Assembly (NCBI GenBank): GCA_000997385.1
Contig: LCBT01000001.1
Span: 115,707 to 175,492 of the forward strand
DNA from: Candidatus Daviesbacteria bacterium GW2011_GWA1_41_61
GTDB lineage: Bacteria > Patescibacteriota > Microgenomatia > Daviesbacterales > UBA10151
Length of the DNA stretch: 59,786 nucleotides
Direction: 5' to 3'
A model generated the notes under the pieces. It saw only the letters and a program-made list of their open reading frames with translations, searched no databases and was not told the origin of the DNA. This document shows positions 59,500-59,786 of the stretch, piece after piece. The position numbers were made by a program, and so were the translations under genes. Position 1 is the first letter of the stretch. Each line of letters opens with the position of its first letter.

Positions 59500-59786
59500 C
59501 TTTCAATCTCCCGATTAAATACCCTAACCCTCCACCGATAGTTTCCGCAAGCAACATTACCATCATGCCAAAAGATATCACCGGGTGAAAAATAATCTTT
59601 TTCCATTGACGGTAAAAAGCCGGCCTTAAAAAATAAACTGTTTTTTGGTTAAGGGGAAAAATCTGTTGTTTTTTAAGATATTTATGGGCTGACAAACCAT
59701 AATAATATTTTCTTTTAGCCAGCTTTATTAATGTCGGGCAATCTTCATTATGTAAGATAAAACTTTTTATCCTGCCTGGTGGATAT
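59492..59786 (-). CDS. C-terminal fragment of a further probable GT2 glycosyltransferase (start lies beyond the right edge)
   Basis: The track lists only a 67-aa TTG-started piece. My translation shows the frame stays open to the window edge (YPPGRIKSFILHNEDCPTLIKLAKRKYYYGLSAHKYLKK...). The H-N-E...RKYYYG tail resembles the C-terminal region of 27314..28267. The stop overlaps ATG 59499 (ATGAGTAA). Confidence 0.55.
   Translation of the reverse strand, partial: YPPGRIKSFILHNEDCPTLIKLAKRKYYYGLSAHKYLKKQQIFPLNQKTVYFLRPAFYRQWKKIIFHPVISFGMMVMLLAETIGGGLGYLIGRLKDE

Noticed and set aside
59492-59695. A stand-alone 67-aa ORF as listed in the track.
   Set aside because: The frame remains open upstream to the window edge, so this is the C-terminal part of a longer, edge-truncated GT2-like gene rather than a small protein.
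1-59786. Alternative genetic code, with UGA recoded as in some candidate-phylum bacteria.
   Set aside because: TGA terminates several family-complete ORFs exactly where homologous proteins should end, and it forms ATGA couplings (for example 666-669, 26599-26602, 38752-38755, 46715-46718 and 51288-51291). The standard code explains all the long ORFs.
1-59786. A mobile genomic island, prophage, CRISPR array, or tRNA/rRNA genes.
   Set aside because: I recognised no integrase, transposase, recombinase or phage-like ORF, and no flanking direct repeats. The longest non-coding stretch is about 117 bp (8523..8639), which is too short for an array or an rRNA and shows no tRNA-like cloverleaf. The only notable repeats are those between paralogous genes.

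Overview
The window is AT-rich and almost entirely coding. It uses the standard genetic code, since TGA, TAA and TAG all terminate long, family-recognisable ORFs. It reads as one very large cell-envelope glycosylation island. I call 48 protein genes. Two are cut by the window edges: 1..669 is absent from the ORF track, and 59492..59786 is only partly listed there.

Gene content:
- 20 large polytopic membrane proteins that look like GT-C-fold glycosyltransferases. By eye they fall into at least six families: PMT_2/ArnT-like, TMTC/DUF1736-like with a FxQD[DE] loop, AftD/DUF3367-like, YfhO-like, DUF2723/TMEM260-like and PIG-V-like. A further unassigned family has a YKDF loop.
- 8 GT2 glycosyltransferases, four of them Dpm1/GtrB/ArnC-like polyprenyl-phosphate sugar synthases, and 1 GT4.
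- 8 class I SAM methyltransferases.
- 1 Wzx-type flippase, 2 small multi-TM proteins and 1 secreted helical protein.
- A compact block containing a Cys-rich mini-ArsR regulator, a cysteine desulfurase, an IscU/NifU scaffold, a B12-binding radical SAM enzyme, a ferredoxin, a DegT aminotransferase and a PglF/CapD-type dehydratase.

Genes are joined by ATGA or ATGANTAA stop/start overlaps. Convergent genes abut or overlap with no visible terminators. The few divergent intergenic gaps (42-117 bp) carry -10/-35-like boxes only 7-9 nt from the ATG.

I found no rRNA, tRNA, CRISPR array, transposase, integrase or phage genes. The organism is probably a small-genome CPR/Patescibacteria-like bacterium, but that is inference only.

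All family calls come from motif recognition by eye. No searches were run.
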